From Lepidodermella squamata (lineage: Eukaryota; Animalia; Gastrotricha), in assembly GCA_047495785.1 (NCBI GenBank), contig JBLDXI010000011.1, forward strand, positions 124,001 to 188,000: a stretch of 64,000 nt of DNA, read 5' to 3'. The notes under the pieces are model-generated. The model was not told the origin of the DNA. It did no database searches and saw only the letters and a list, made by a program, of their open reading frames with translations. Shown here piece after piece: positions 37,362-49,951 of this stretch (the stretch's first letter is position 1; the number at the start of each line of letters is the position of its first letter). A program made the position numbers and the translations under genes.

Positions 37362-38833
37362 TATTGAGGTAAAATTATCAGACTACATTTTTAGAAATTT
37401 TACAACACTTTCTGATTTTCTGAATTTTGGCAAGTCATCACGCCAAGAAAACGCCATCATTTCAAGATGAAATATTATTTCAATGAAAACAATGACCCGT
37501 CAAGCAAGGCGAGTCATTTAACACCAGAAATTAACGCAAAAGGGGCCGCAGCGATGAAAGAGCAACGCGATGATAATGATGGCTTTTCCGCGCGTTGAGG
37601 TCACGCGGCTTTTTCTATAATTGAACGTAATAAAATAAAGCGGCAGACACTGACGAAGTGTTTCAGCCTAAAAGCAAAGAAACTTCCTCTAGTACCTGCT
37701 AGGGACTGGGGATAAATATTGATAATTTGATTTGGCAGAATTATTTGCTCGTACTGCGACGAGTTAATCCTTCTGACCATTGTTGCGCAATCGGATTATT
37801 TACAAACCTTCGATTTCGTTATTGCGGGTTCGAATTTTTCGCTTTTGGATGCTTACAATTTTTCTTAAGTAATTAACTGCTTTTGGCTAATTTTCGATTA
37901 TTCTACCGCTGCGACCTTGAAATCGTCGCTGAAGCAATGAATTTAGCTTGATGGGCGGCGGATTTCCTATAATTTAGCGTTATTTCTATTTGCCTCTTAT
38001 GAACACTAAAATTGGAGTGCAAGTTTCATAAAATCGAAAACTTTTTCATTGGTAGCACATAGAATTTTGAATATTTGAATGTAATATTTGAATAGTTTCG
38101 TGACGTTATCAGTTACCTACTTTACATGCTTACCGCTACGAATTCCTGCAACTATCGGACGCGAAGTGGAATAACTAAAAGTAAGTTTTATGTCTTCATT
38201 GGAATAGGCTGCTGTCTACAAAAAATAAGAATTTTTTAAATTATTACTTTCCTTCGCGCCAGAAATCTCAAATTTGATAATGAGACGTATTTTTACTTTG
38301 CCAAGCTGTCTACTAGTAAGAATGACAAAAAATTATCAACAAAATGTCTGTTTTTAAAGGAGATTTCAAAGTAGAAAAAGTCTTGAAATTGGCGGTTTTT
38401 TCAAGAAAAAAACATGACAGCGTGAATGAGCATCATCAATAGTAATAGTTAGTGAAGTTTATTCAAGAATTCCGAAACTTGGCCAAAAAATTCCAAAAGG
38501 TGGGTCGAAACCTCGAAATTTGAATTTTTAGTGTAGTGCAAAAAAGTCGCTATGAGCCCGCTAATCCCCCAGAGTGAATCACGCTAGTACTAAACATGCG
38601 AGAAGCTGGAGGGGGTTCGGAGGGGGTTCGGAGGGGGTTCGGTTTTACAATGAAAAAATACTCCTCCGCCAGTAATGTTACGTAATGTGCTTCACTCACA
38701 ATGAAAAACGAGACTCATTTTTTCGACTGGATTTTATGCATGACGGCCTAACATTGTGCTCGGATTATCACCATTTTTTTCGAAAAAACACACCGTTTAA
38801 ATTTTCCAATTGCGGTTAATAGAAAAATAATCG

Positions 38834-38922
38834 GTTAGGCTATTAAAACGCGGAGAAATAATTATTTTTGGAAAATTTAAAAATCAGAAAATCATTTTTT
38901 CTCCGCGTTTTAATAGCCTAAC
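38834..38922. repeat. Short hairpin with perfect 25-bp arms
   Basis: GTTAGGCTATTAAAACGCGGAGAAA / TTTCTCCGCGTTTTAATAGCCTAAC. Confidence 0.75.
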
Positions 38923-40871
38923 GTCTTCTCCTCGTCGAGCTGATTCCGAGGCTGTTTTCAGCGTCTTGAAAAAGTGAATAAGTGATGAGTTTACCCTAAA
39001 AAACTTTTCGCATTTAATTGAGTTTCCCTTCCTTCCCTTGCAGCTGCTAAGATCCATCTTACGTTGTGACACTTCTTGATTCGCAGGTGATCATGATCGG
39101 AATTTTATCTAGCTTTCTACTTTTAACGAGCCTCGCTGTGATTTTTGCATATTTTTAGCCCATTTTAGTTGACAATTGATATCGTGAAAAACAGGGCAGC
39201 CAAACCTTTCTATTCCTCCTTTTATTTAAGAGTTGGAATCATCTAATATTATGGGAATTTTTTAAGACAGCCATTCCTTCAAATTTCTGTCGAATGTAAA
39301 ATCAGCAACGCAAATGTAAACAAATCGTATAACGTCTTATGTTATGCCTTTCCTCAGCTTCAATCACCTGGGTTATAAAATTCGTTTTTTCACCATACTC
39401 ACCCACATTTTTAGGCGGATTCACTCAGGCGTGAAGTAGAGCCTTTTCTCCTGGATTTTTCCGATTCATAAACTGTTTATGAAAAAATAACACAAATGAA
39501 GACTGATTCTATCGTGATTTTCAGGGGGAAAATAGCGTAAAAATATTATATAAAGAAACCAGCCCTTAATGCAAAACACCGTTGAATTTGGTGGCTCTAA
39601 TTTTTTTCCTAGACATTTTTACGCCCATTTTCAAGTCGATTCACTATTCACATCTTCATGTCTCCGCGCCTCTTATTTTATTATTTAATTACTCTACGTG
39701 ATTTTTTTTATAGATAACGCTTTATCAAGGTATGAGGATTTCAAGGCCGGCGTTTGACTCGGCTGGCTCACCATTCGCCTATAAATTCGTAAGACTTGGA
39801 AATTTGTGGCAGTGGACTCGACTGACTTGGCTCGGCTTGTTGCACTATTTATGGCCAAGGAGATGACAGCCAAATTAACAGCAACCGATCTCAACTCGGT
39901 GAGACTGAATCCAGCGAATTCCCCAAAAGCATTCAGCATTGAAAAATTTCGGACGAACGAGTCTGCGTTTGAGGAATCGTTCTCTCTTCAATTCGTCGCC
40001 CTTGAGTTTCGTTCAATCAAATGACGTCAGACCAGACACGGCGATGACCCGAAAATTATCGGTATATGCTGAGGCCTGAAACGCGGAATTCTCTCAGAAC
40101 AGCTACATTTTCCCGCATCTCAACCGTGAAAATCGCGCGGTCAGACAGAGCGATCTCCAAATCGAAATCAGCCGTGGCCACATTTGCGCTGCAGCGATTG
40201 GCCGATGCCGTTTTCGTTGATATTGTCTTTTTGGAAATGCTAAAGCCTCGACTTTCGGTCGATTCTGTTACTGGTGACCTGACAATAGGTAAGCTACCTA
40301 ATTTAATCGGATTATCTTTCAGCGGAACCTAATTTGCTTTTTGCGGATTATAAAAATAATGACTCTTGGCAGATTTCGAGTGCCGGGGGAACCCCCGTAC
40401 TGTCGCCGTTCGTGTCGTGGACATCTTTGTTTCTTTGTTTGTTTGTTTGTATGCGCACATGTGCAATGCTTGACTACTTGACTACACGCCTACGTACACG
40501 CCTACATGACGCAATGTGCAAACCATGACTACCCGCCTACACCACTCCACAGCCAAAAAAGAAGTCATTCCAACCACTAGCCACTGGAACCTTAAATTGC
40601 CGGGTAAACCTTTGCGCACGGACGGAAAATAATTGCTTCTTGCTTCTTGCTTCGTGATTTTCGCGAGTTTCGCGAGTTCACACTTCACACAGCGCTCACA
40701 TCATACAATAACATAATATAAGCCCACGTGATACGAACCAAACCGTATACCGTAGCCAAAGTTCATGCCGTCGTGAATGTTCAACTTTCGATAGTGTAAG
40801 CAATGTAGTGGTGCAGGACAGCTCGTTCAGAACCCATGTGAATTACTGCAGCTTTTCTTGCCGCTCGCCGA

Positions 40872-41311
40872 ATTTTTACGAAGTCTTACGAAAGTTTGCC
40901 GTGATCGCCTTGTAAAAATGCGGCAAACTTTGCATTACATACGCATGGGGCAGCTCGTTCAACAACCGTATGCTTCGATGCTCCGAAATCAATGATTTCC
41001 TTTCGTGGCTCTGAGACACAACCATCAGAAACGGCAGCAGCAACGCAACAAGCCGACCTTTACGCGTCTAATTTCGGCCACGACTGTCGAGGAAAACACC
41101 GTTAAAGCCTCATTGGTTGGGACCGAGTCTAATGCAGACACGTCTCCTGGCGACGCCATGGTTGCCTCAGAGCAACGAAAGTAGAAATCGTTGACTCCGG
41201 AGCATCGAAGCATACGGTTGTTGAACGAGCTGCCCCACGTGTATGTAATGCAAAGTTTGCCGCATTTTTACAAGGCGATCACGGCAAACTTTCGTAAGAC
41301 TTCGTAAAAAT
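40872..41311. repeat. Long inverted repeat (~150-bp arms, outer ~70 bp essentially perfect)
   Basis: ATTTTTACGAAGTCTTACGAAAGTTTGCCGTGATCGCCTTGTAAAAATGCGGCAAACTTTGCATTACATAC.. and its reverse complement ending at 41311. A diverged partial third copy lies at ~41927-41990. Confidence 0.85.
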
Positions 41312-44300
41312 GTCTCCGTCTCTAATGGACGATCAACAAGCAACAAGTGTCCGAATCGATGGCAGATTCAGTGTCTTCTTAGTCTTGCGAATCAAGATAC
41401 CTGGAATTCGACTGCTTCTTCACACAGTCCATCACCTAGTTCCTGCATGCAGCATTGCAACGGCTCAGAGCCTCCATACTGATATCCGGACTCTCACATG
41501 CCAACTCTTGCTCTTCGATCGCTGTTTTTCGGCGAAACTCCTCAGCCGCGTCCTAACCCAAATAGGTAATATTCGTGGTAGCAATCTAGTTTCCTCCGAA
41601 CTGAGTCTAATGAATTGCAATTTTCCCATAGACGAAAAGCAGGAATAGCTGAATCCTGTTTGTCAAGAAACTCCTTCGGGTCTCTGAAACTATTATGGAG
41701 CAACAACGAAAGCCGCGAATAGAGCTCTAGTTTATCAGCTCTGAAACAAAGGAACGATAATCTGGAAGTCGAGGGCCGTAAATCTTAAATCTTAGCGACA
41801 TGTATTTCTCGCCGCATTCTCAAAATAATACGTCCTTGTTGATGCAATGCTCCTGGAACTCAATGACATTTTGTGATACGCTCAAATCGACGAACGAATT
41901 CGGTCCAGGAGGGCCCTGTGTGGAGAAAAACGAAAGTGCATCGTTGACTCTGGAGCATCGAAGCACACGGTTTCTGAACGACCTGCCCCGCACAACTTCA
42001 TTGCCGACGATCTCAACGAGGGTGTTGCGGCGACTTTTGCTCTTTTTCACCGTATATTGCTACCGTATATAACGAGTTTGCTAAAACAAAATTACTAGGT
42101 GATCGGTTGCAGCCGTCCGGTATGACAATAGGGCGAAATTTTTATGCGTGAAACAAGTCTCTAAAAACGTCGCCGCTGTTGGTTTGAAATGGTGCAAGTT
42201 TCGGACTTCCACGCATCAAGTGCGTCGACGAAGTCTCATTTTTGGACCCGGGACCGAAATACGGACCCTAACTGGGAATTTGCGGAAAGGTGTAGAATGG
42301 GTTCCCCCGGCGCTACTGTAGCAGCTACGCTGCTGCTGTTGCCAATTTGGTTCCGCAAACTATGAATTCTAGGCTAAGCCTGAATTCTGAATTGAACACT
42401 GCGTTCTGCGTTTTATAGAGAATGTTGCGCTGAATTCACTGGTGAATTTTCTAGAATTATTGTGGCCAATCTTGACCTGCAATAAATATCCGAAAAGCGA
42501 TTTCCGGCCACTAGAAAAGTCTAAAATTTGGTTCCGCTCACCGTGAATTTGGTTCCGCTAAAAGGAGGACCCTAATTTAATGCCTCATATCGATATTTTA
42601 TTTAATTAATTTGAGAAACCGGTGGGGAATTTCATTTCGGCAATTCGACTCATACAATTTGACTCATACATTCGGTAGATTCATTCAGGCGTGATGTGAA
42701 GTCTCCGAGCTTCAAATAATTTAAGAACAGTTCATTGTGTGACAAAATTAATAAATTCTAAACATTATAATCAGTTCATTTTATTGTTAATCCCAGGCAA
42801 CCCCAGCCACGAGTCCCGACACTACCTGGTGCAATTTTTGGAATCGGAGTCGGAATGAGACGCAACGTTAATTCGAGCTATGTTCGGACTGTCGGCATGT
42901 CAGTAAATTGGCCTGCGACTCGGTTTGAAAATTTCCACCCGAAAACGCATTTATCAGACACACCGCAATTACTCGACCGTGACGGGCTTGCTGTTGCAAG
43001 TCTAATTTGAGCCTTCAGTTGTCACTGAGACGTCGCTGGCTGTCAAGAACTTCATCCTGGATGGGACAAATTTCCAGTTCAAGCAGGCTTGTGCAAGGTA
43101 GGCTGGTAGCAGTAATTTTTTCGCTTTTATTTTTATCAAGAAATTTATTGAAATTGGTAATGCGACTGTGAAAAAAATTCCACTCTTCTCTATTGTTTTC
43201 CAAATTATTTAAAAATGACAAATTAATACCTAAGAATATCTTGCCGTAAAAAATCAATTAAGGTGACTTCTTGGATTAGATTTTCAAATTTGTTCTTGGA
43301 TTAATTTTTTTTTATAATTTGGTGATAATTCGTGAAAACTCAGTCACGAATTTCCATCTTACGTTGTGAAATTGTATTCGCTGGCGATCGGGATCGGAAT
43401 TATCAAGCTTCCAGCATCTATCAAGCCTCGCTGTCATTTTTGCTAATTTTCACCATTTGTTATTTTATTATTAATTTCTTTAAAAATACGGCAACGAAAC
43501 CTTTTTATTGCTGATTGTAGTACATTCAAGAATTTGAATCATACGTTATTAGGTCAGTTTTTTGAGGTAGAGATTCTTTAAAAATTCCATTAATGATTGA
43601 TTACGTATTTAAAATCAACCAAGCGTGACAGAATTACTATTTGGACCATGTAAAAGAAGTTGAAGTTGAAGCTGAGCATAGATAGACATTAAGACGCTAA
43701 TTCCAATTTTCTCGTAGAAAACTGTCGATTTTTCCGTCTCCAACACGGCGTTTCCCTCATATTTTGGCGTCGTTTTACAATAGGCCACCCTAATTATGGC
43801 CGCTTGGATTATACCTATAAATCATCTTCAATTTCCGCATCATTCAGACCTGGAAGATTGTGAATTTTCTGCTTTGAGTTGGATGCATAATCATCTCAGG
43901 CTACTAAATTGTGTAAGGTCTTGCTTGATCCCTCAGCTAGCTTTTGCGCGAATAATTTGAAATTCAAATATTCCTTCGTTTACAGGAATGAATTCACTTC
44001 TCCAATCTCCTATTGCAAGCCGAAAATGGGTCGATTCAACTTCAGCCGAGAACCCTTCAATCGAGGATGTCTCGCAATCACCCTGAGATCCTGAGGAAAC
44101 TGCCGAACGTAAATCGAAATCGATTCGCCCAGCTTCGAAGACCAGCATTTTGTCAAATCCACCAGAGCGTAATCGCTCGTCCTGTTACATCACAAGTTAT
44201 GCTGCACGTCCGCCGGAAGTTTCTCAGACTTTATCGAACTTCAAACTCGATTGTTCATTGCTTCGTAACTCATTTCGCAACTGTTGACGATCCTTTTTAG

Positions 44301-45369
44301 CTGGAACTGCTTTTAAACATGACGAATCAATAAAAGTTTCATAGTTTCACTCAAATACCTTCAAAAAGCCTCGACTTCGATCTATGAACCTTAGCTTGCA
44401 TGAAACATCACTTGGGTTCATTCCTTCAGTTTTCAGTTATTCTTGATCACTGGAACCTTTTAGTTCCAGTTTAGAACATTCAGTATCCTGTTTTGAAGTG
44501 ACAAACCGCTAGAATAAGCATATCTCCGACTGCTGCCATGAAAAACCGGCTTTAAATGCATCAAAACACCGAGTTCAAACCTTGGTTTGCTGGTTGAACC
44601 TCGAACACGAGAAATTTTTACGGCGGCGTCGCCCGTTGCCATGGAAACGGCTAGTCAAGGTCGCGTTACTATACTTTTATTTTTCCGATAACTATTTTGA
44701 TGAGATAAAATTATATTTAAGAATTAACAGCGACTTGATTAACAAAAATTTTCGTAAAATAAATCCCACTTTTGTAGGAAAAACAGGCTGCGCTATGATC
44801 AATATTTTAGCTTGAGTGCTTACTCTGGTCATTTTTTTCTCTATGGGTCATTGCAACCAAAACCTATTCTGCATGAGCTTTTCTCTCGGTGGTCCGAAAT
44901 GTTGAGATTTTTGACATTAAAGACTCCCAAACCCTAGCCTAAACTCGAACAAATTCCCTATTTAAACCGTTTCAATACGTCATGGGCGAACTTGAACGCA
45001 TCTATTGTAACGCGCGATCCCTTGAACCTCTCATAATCTTCTGCTCCATCTTATCCTTCACTGTCCTGAAACTAAATATTGTACTTCTAACTTTAGAGAT
45101 GAAACCAATCATGTTGATATTCTAATGACTGCTTTTCGTGATTGCAATATCCAAAACGACTTTTGAACCTATCCTCCATATCGAAATTACACATTTTTTC
45201 ATTTGCAATTGCAGAAAATTCAAAACTAATTGCAATCGCGTGCTTTTTGTTTATTTGCTTGTATCATCTTGGCTAGGATTGAACTCATTTATTAATAGCA
45301 TTGCACTAGTTTAAATGTCTGTCCAGCCCTTCAGTTTCTTCAAATTCTTCGTGAGAAAAGCAAATAAAA

Positions 45370-45853
45370 ATGTCAAGTTCAACCGATCCGTCGCCGAATC
45401 GAAATCGTAGTGGCCGAAAGCGTGGGGCCACTTTAGAAAGATCAGCCTCGGTCTCGGAACCACCGAGCAAGAAGGTAACCTGGAAAGACTTGGGCTTGCC
45501 CTTGATTGTGCCGACGAATCTCCCTCGACCGCGGCCAGAACTGCCGCCACGTCACATTGTCATGGCAAATATTGGTAATTAATGTAATGCGCAACGAGCT
45601 GTGTTCAATTTCATTTCATTTAGATCGATCACGGCGAAAGTGGACTAAAGCCGAAGAAAACGAGCTACAACTGTCTTTTGTTCAATATTTGCAAAAGCAC
45701 AAGTTTGCACCTTCAAGAGGAAGCCTTCGTGATTATCTGTTGTTCGACCCGGACTTAATGAGACGTCTTCGCCGCTCGGAAGGATCGATTGTTGCTAAGG
45801 CGATTGAGCTGATTGAAAAGCCTATTTGGCAGGCGTATTCTTCACTTCAATGA
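45370..45853 (+). CDS. Transposon-borne small Myb/SANT-like protein, 144 aa (exons 45370-45574, 45624-45853)
   Basis: AAAAATG start; 49-nt GTAATT..CATTTAG intron joins two ORFs in frame; basic NLS-like GRKRG..PPSKK; RRKWTKAEENEL..RRSEGSIVAK resembles Myb helices 1 and 3; AATAAA at 45890. Confidence 0.68.
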
Positions 45854-45971
45854 ACACTGATTTTTATTCGTAATTTTTGAATTAGCGTAAATAAAGCGAA
45901 GCACGCGATTAAACGTTTCTTTTATTTCATTCATCTTTTTTCGGTTCTTCAATTTTTCCTGCAAAAATTTC

Positions 45972-47080
45972 TTAATAAATAATCGGTTGCCCAGCAGCAC
46001 AAGCTGGAAGATAATTCAGTACATGATCGTCACAGGCTCGCACCAATGCCGGAGTAACGATCGATCGAAGATTACGCTCGACAATTTCGTGCAGAAAGTT
46101 TCGACAAATTGGCGTCATCGGTTGACCAAGTTCTCGGGCAGCGGCTAGAAGCTCAAACAGCTCGACACGTCTCGCCGCAATTTCTCTTTTGATGCCAGAC
46201 TTGACAGCAGAGAAAACATTTTCTATTGGGTTTAGAAATGGTGAGTACGGCGGTAAAAAGTGTATGGTATGGCCTTGCGGCAGTTCACCGACGGCGCCAT
46301 TGTGAGAGCGGCAATTGTCGATGATGAAAGTCGCCGGGTTATTAACGCCAACCACTGCTGACGCCTATAAATCAAATTTTTCAGAAAAATCGTCAATTTG
46401 ATGAATTTTTCCGCTCATACCTGGAGCATAAACTCACGAAACATGTTGTTTTTCATACCTTCATCGTACAATCGATAATAGACCAACCCCTCATGCCTCG
46501 AAACGACGACCGAAACAGACACATTTTTGCCACCATGGGACATCGGATTTTGCACAACAGCCCGCTGACCACGACGAGCTCGGCCACAAGATCGACGAGT
46601 CCAAAGGCAGACCCCGAACTCGTCCTGATAGTAATACCTGTTATGCAGACGAAACCCGTTGAACCAATTCGCGTAAACAATTCTTAGGGCTATGACATCA
46701 GGTCGATTTCTATCCGCTGGACAAGCGTAGACCTTCTTAACAGTAAAGCCGATATACTCAAGGTGACGATGGATAGTGGAAATGGAGAGGCCAGCGCCGA
46801 ACTCGACAAGCAGCATTGTCTGAATTTGTTCCAGGGTAAGCTGGCTATTGTCCTCAAGCCTCTCAATAACGAAATGCGTAAAATCCTCCCGCCAAGCCTT
46901 TGGTCGCCCCCCTCGATGCAAACTTTCCGAGCGATTTTCTTCTCTATAAGTACTTATGATGTTATAAATCGTTCGCTCTTTGATGCCGAGCATCCTACCG
47001 AAATTAACGTAATCAGTACCGTCATTGAAAGCCCGTATCAACCTTAACCGATCTACGTTTGATGTTCTGTTGTAAGGCAT
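45972..47080 (-). CDS. IS630/Tc1-like DDE transposase, 350 aa (exons 47080-46421, 46364-45972), DD31E spacing
   Basis: Bipartite HTH (LGIKERTIYNII, RGGRPK, LSISTIHRHL..IGFTVKK). Catalytic YQDEFG, IIDNCRSH, FLPPYSPFLNPIENVFS. 56-nt GTATGA..TTTATAG intron in phase 0. No disabling lesions. Confidence 0.92.
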
Positions 47081-47520
47081 TAATTTGAGAATAATTTTTT
47101 TGAACAAAAATTGTGTAGAAATTTCGGAAATAAATTTTTTTCATGAGATGAATATTGAGAGCATTTTTCGTTCTTCTTTTCTCGAAAGTTCATGAAAGAG
47201 TTGTCTCTGGCCTCAAAACATGACACGAAATGGTGGCGTGAGCACGTGATTTAAATTTAAATTTTCAGATAAACAACCGTCACACATAAACCACGTGCCT
47301 GCAAACTGTTTTGAATTTTCCGCAATTGCAATTGAAAAAAGGTGTAGCACTTGAATGGCGAAATGATTACAAAAGCTATGTATATCCTGAGTAAATCTTA
47401 ACTATATCTCGTTATGAAGCTCTCGTGAACCTCTTTTATGATAATAATAAACTACAATTGTAACTATGCTTGGTGTAAATATGGGGGAATGCAGCAAAAG
47501 GCCCTGGTATCAGTTACTAT

Positions 47521-47943
47521 CAGTGCTTTGGATTTGATTTGATTTGATTTGATTTGATTTGATTTAGACCCTATTTTCACTGATTTAGATTTAAAATGAT
47601 TGATTTACGCGGGGAAGCATTTTGATTTGATTGATTTTGATTTAGCCTTGGTGATGCAATTCAAAAACCTGATACCGCGAAACCAAGATCTCTCCTCCTT
47701 TTTGATGAAAATTTGCTACGGAAAGGGACGGTTATTTCAAATTCGCGTTATTTTATTCATTTCTTGAAACTTCGAAGCTTCCTGAAAATCCCGATGTTTC
47801 GCGATTTATTGCGATTTATGACTGTCGATGATTTGATTTGATTGATTTAGTCCTGGAAAATGGGGACAATGATTGATTTTGATTGCTTGAAGGAGGTCCG
47901 TGATTTAAGCCGTAAATCAAATCAAATCAAATCCTAAGCTCTG
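47521..47943. mobile_element. hAT-type MITE with (GATTT)n subterminal arrays
   Basis: Ends CAGTGCTTTGGATTTGATTT.. / ..AAATCAAATCCTAAGCTCTG; 8-bp TSD GTTACTAT / TTTACTAT (7 of 8 match). A related GATTT/AAATC fragment lies at ~54909-55030. Confidence 0.75.
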
Positions 47944-48035
47944 TTTACTATAGCTAAAAACATATTTTTGCCTTACTCACAAAAATCGTATGTGCATTGA
48001 TCTTTATTTTTTCCTTCGATCAGATGAATTTTCCG

Positions 48036-48088
48036 CTAACAGCTACATGGACTCGAAGCTACTAGCTTCGAGTCCATGTAGCTGTTAG
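48036..48088. repeat. Perfect palindrome, 26-bp arms with 1-nt spacer
   Basis: CTAACAGCTACATGGACTCGAAGCTA-C-TAGCTTCGAGTCCATGTAGCTGTTAG. Confidence 0.95.
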
Positions 48089-48214
48089 TTCCAAGGAGAA
48101 ACCCACAGCTATACTCTTCAATTATATAGTATTACAATGTTTTTCATTTGGAGTTAGCTAACGCCAAGCAACAACTCGGTCAAGATGATGGAAGTCCTCT
48201 GAATTCTAATCGCC

Positions 48215-48808
48215 CAGTGCTTCTCAACCTTTTCCCATAGCGGGCCATTCTCTAACGCATTTTCCATCCCTGCGGGCCGCATGATTCAGGGCCTCGCCGG
48301 CGGGCCGCTACCACTCACTGTATCATAAGAACACAGCGGGCCGCATGTTTATAATGTGAGCGAAATTCAACAGATATTGTTGCTGTTTAGTCGCTAATTC
48401 TATTGCCATGAAATTTGAACCACAAAAAAGTTGACAAAAATTCGGCATCACGTGTAAGTATTGAGTATGTATTAGGAATTATCAAAGTTTTAAGAGCAAT
48501 CTTTATGAGCTAATGGAGTGGTCTCACACGCGATAGAGTGGTCGGCCTCCAAAAATTTTGCGGCCTAAATCGATTCGTGAGCTTTAGCTGACGCTTTTCT
48601 GGGCATTTTCAACCCGAAAATAGGCTTAAAATGCATTAAAATATGGATGCTTCAGAGGAACTCTGTAGTTGGTCTTCCAGGCATCGCTTTGACCTTAAAG
48701 CTGTATAAAAATCATGATAACAAGGCTTGCGGGACGCAACTAATAGAATTTACCTAGCTGAGTGCCGGGCTGCACAAAATCGGGCAAATTGAAGGTTGAG
48801 AAGCTCTG
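48215..48808. mobile_element. hAT (Charlie-like) non-autonomous element
   Basis: TIRs CAGTGCTTCTCAACCT / AGGTTGAGAAGCTCTG; repeated GCGGGCC(GC) subterminal motifs; approximate 8-bp TSD CTAATCGC / CTTATCGC. Confidence 0.75.
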
Positions 48809-49492
48809 CTTATCGCGAATAGCTGGCTGAAAAGTCGAGGGCGAAAACTGAAAAGCGACTCGAATTAGGTGGGCGCTGAATATTTGCGGAGATGAAATAA
48901 GCGATGTAAGACTGCATGTTTAGATGGCGATGAATCGGATCAATGACACTGAGAAAGCAACGGCTATCAAATGTTCAAATCATTCAATTATTTGCGATTT
49001 ATGGTCTATTCGCGGATCGACTCGCGATTCGCGATCTCAGTGTACTTGAGAGGCCTGCTCCGATGCGAAGTTCTCTATTGTTGTGCTCGCGCGGTACCAT
49101 GTTGTTATTTCTACAACGAAAGCTGCTCGATCGCCTCCAACTCGAGGGTGTCTGCTGCTTTAAACTCGCGATTGCCCCACAGGAGGAGCCCTGGGCTGCA
49201 GTGACATTAACATTGCTGAATGGTGGTCAATTTTCTCGATATCTGGGATAAACTTTGCTTGATTCCAGGGCCACTTGCTTGTCCGCGAGCCCGATTGGAT
49301 TTTAAATAATAAAGCTTATGCATGATTCCTTGGGTTTCTTAGGTTTCATGAGTATTATGAAGTTGAACAAACAACAATATAGAGTTTTCTTACTGACTAG
49401 CGCGTAGGCTAGTCACGTCAAATGACTTTACCGGCTTTAACCGCTGGTGATGAGGGCGAAGTAACAAAAGAACGCATTGCCATTTGCTGGAT

Positions 49493-49917
49493 GGCGGCGC
49501 CCACGATCATTAGCCGCATCCATTCTGCGTATATTTTCCACAAAAACTTGTCAATATCATCCTCCACCTGGCTGTAATTACAGTATTTTTCAAATCAAAA
49601 TTCAAAGTTCAAATGATGGCACTGGGTCGTGTTTTGAAAAAAGATGCTCCAGCTATTGTTCAGCCACACATCGCCCGAGTGTAGCCTGAGCGCCAGCTCC
49701 GTTATCTCTTCACCGTATCAAACCAAGGAGATTTTTTTATTCTAATGACCGAAGTCACATGAGCCATCAGCGTTCAAGCTTTTTTCGCATCGATGATAGC
49801 CAGTCTACAGCTCTTGTTTTCTGTATAATTGTTGCCCTCGTAAAATAAATAGCCAGCTGATGTCGGAGGGGCGAAAAATGGCATTTAAAAGCTGCAGTAG
49901 CAGATGGTTTCCACATT
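49493..49917 (+). promoter_or_regulatory. Conserved upstream region of Cys-rich paralogue 2 (homologous to 52524-52946)
   Basis: Shared blocks GGCGGCGCCCACGATCATTAG, ATGATGGCACT.GGTCGTGTT and CCACACATCGC; an identical 46-mer (49701-49746 = 52706-52751); TATA-like box plus TTTCCACATT. Confidence 0.65.
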
Positions 49918-49951
49918 TCGACGCTATAGTTTTTCGAATTAACTCGAAGCC

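Larger units (their letters stand above)
45190..47344 (-). mobile_element. IS630/Tc1/mariner (ITm) DNA transposon, 2155 bp, carrying two genes
   Basis: TA TSDs (45188-45189, 47345-47346). TIRs CACATTTTTTCATTTGCAATTGCAGAAAATTCAAAAC.. / reverse complement CACCTTTTTTCAATTGCAATTGCGGAAAATTCAAAAC... Contains a transposase (-) and a Myb-like ORF (+). Confidence 0.92.

Noticed and set aside
38608-38642. (GGAGGGGGTTC)x3 as a G-quadruplex
   Set aside because: Only three long G runs and no functional context; treated as a minisatellite.
43900-44500. Coding-like minus-strand stretch
   Set aside because: Multiple stops and no identifiable homology; cannot support a gene or pseudogene call without a search.
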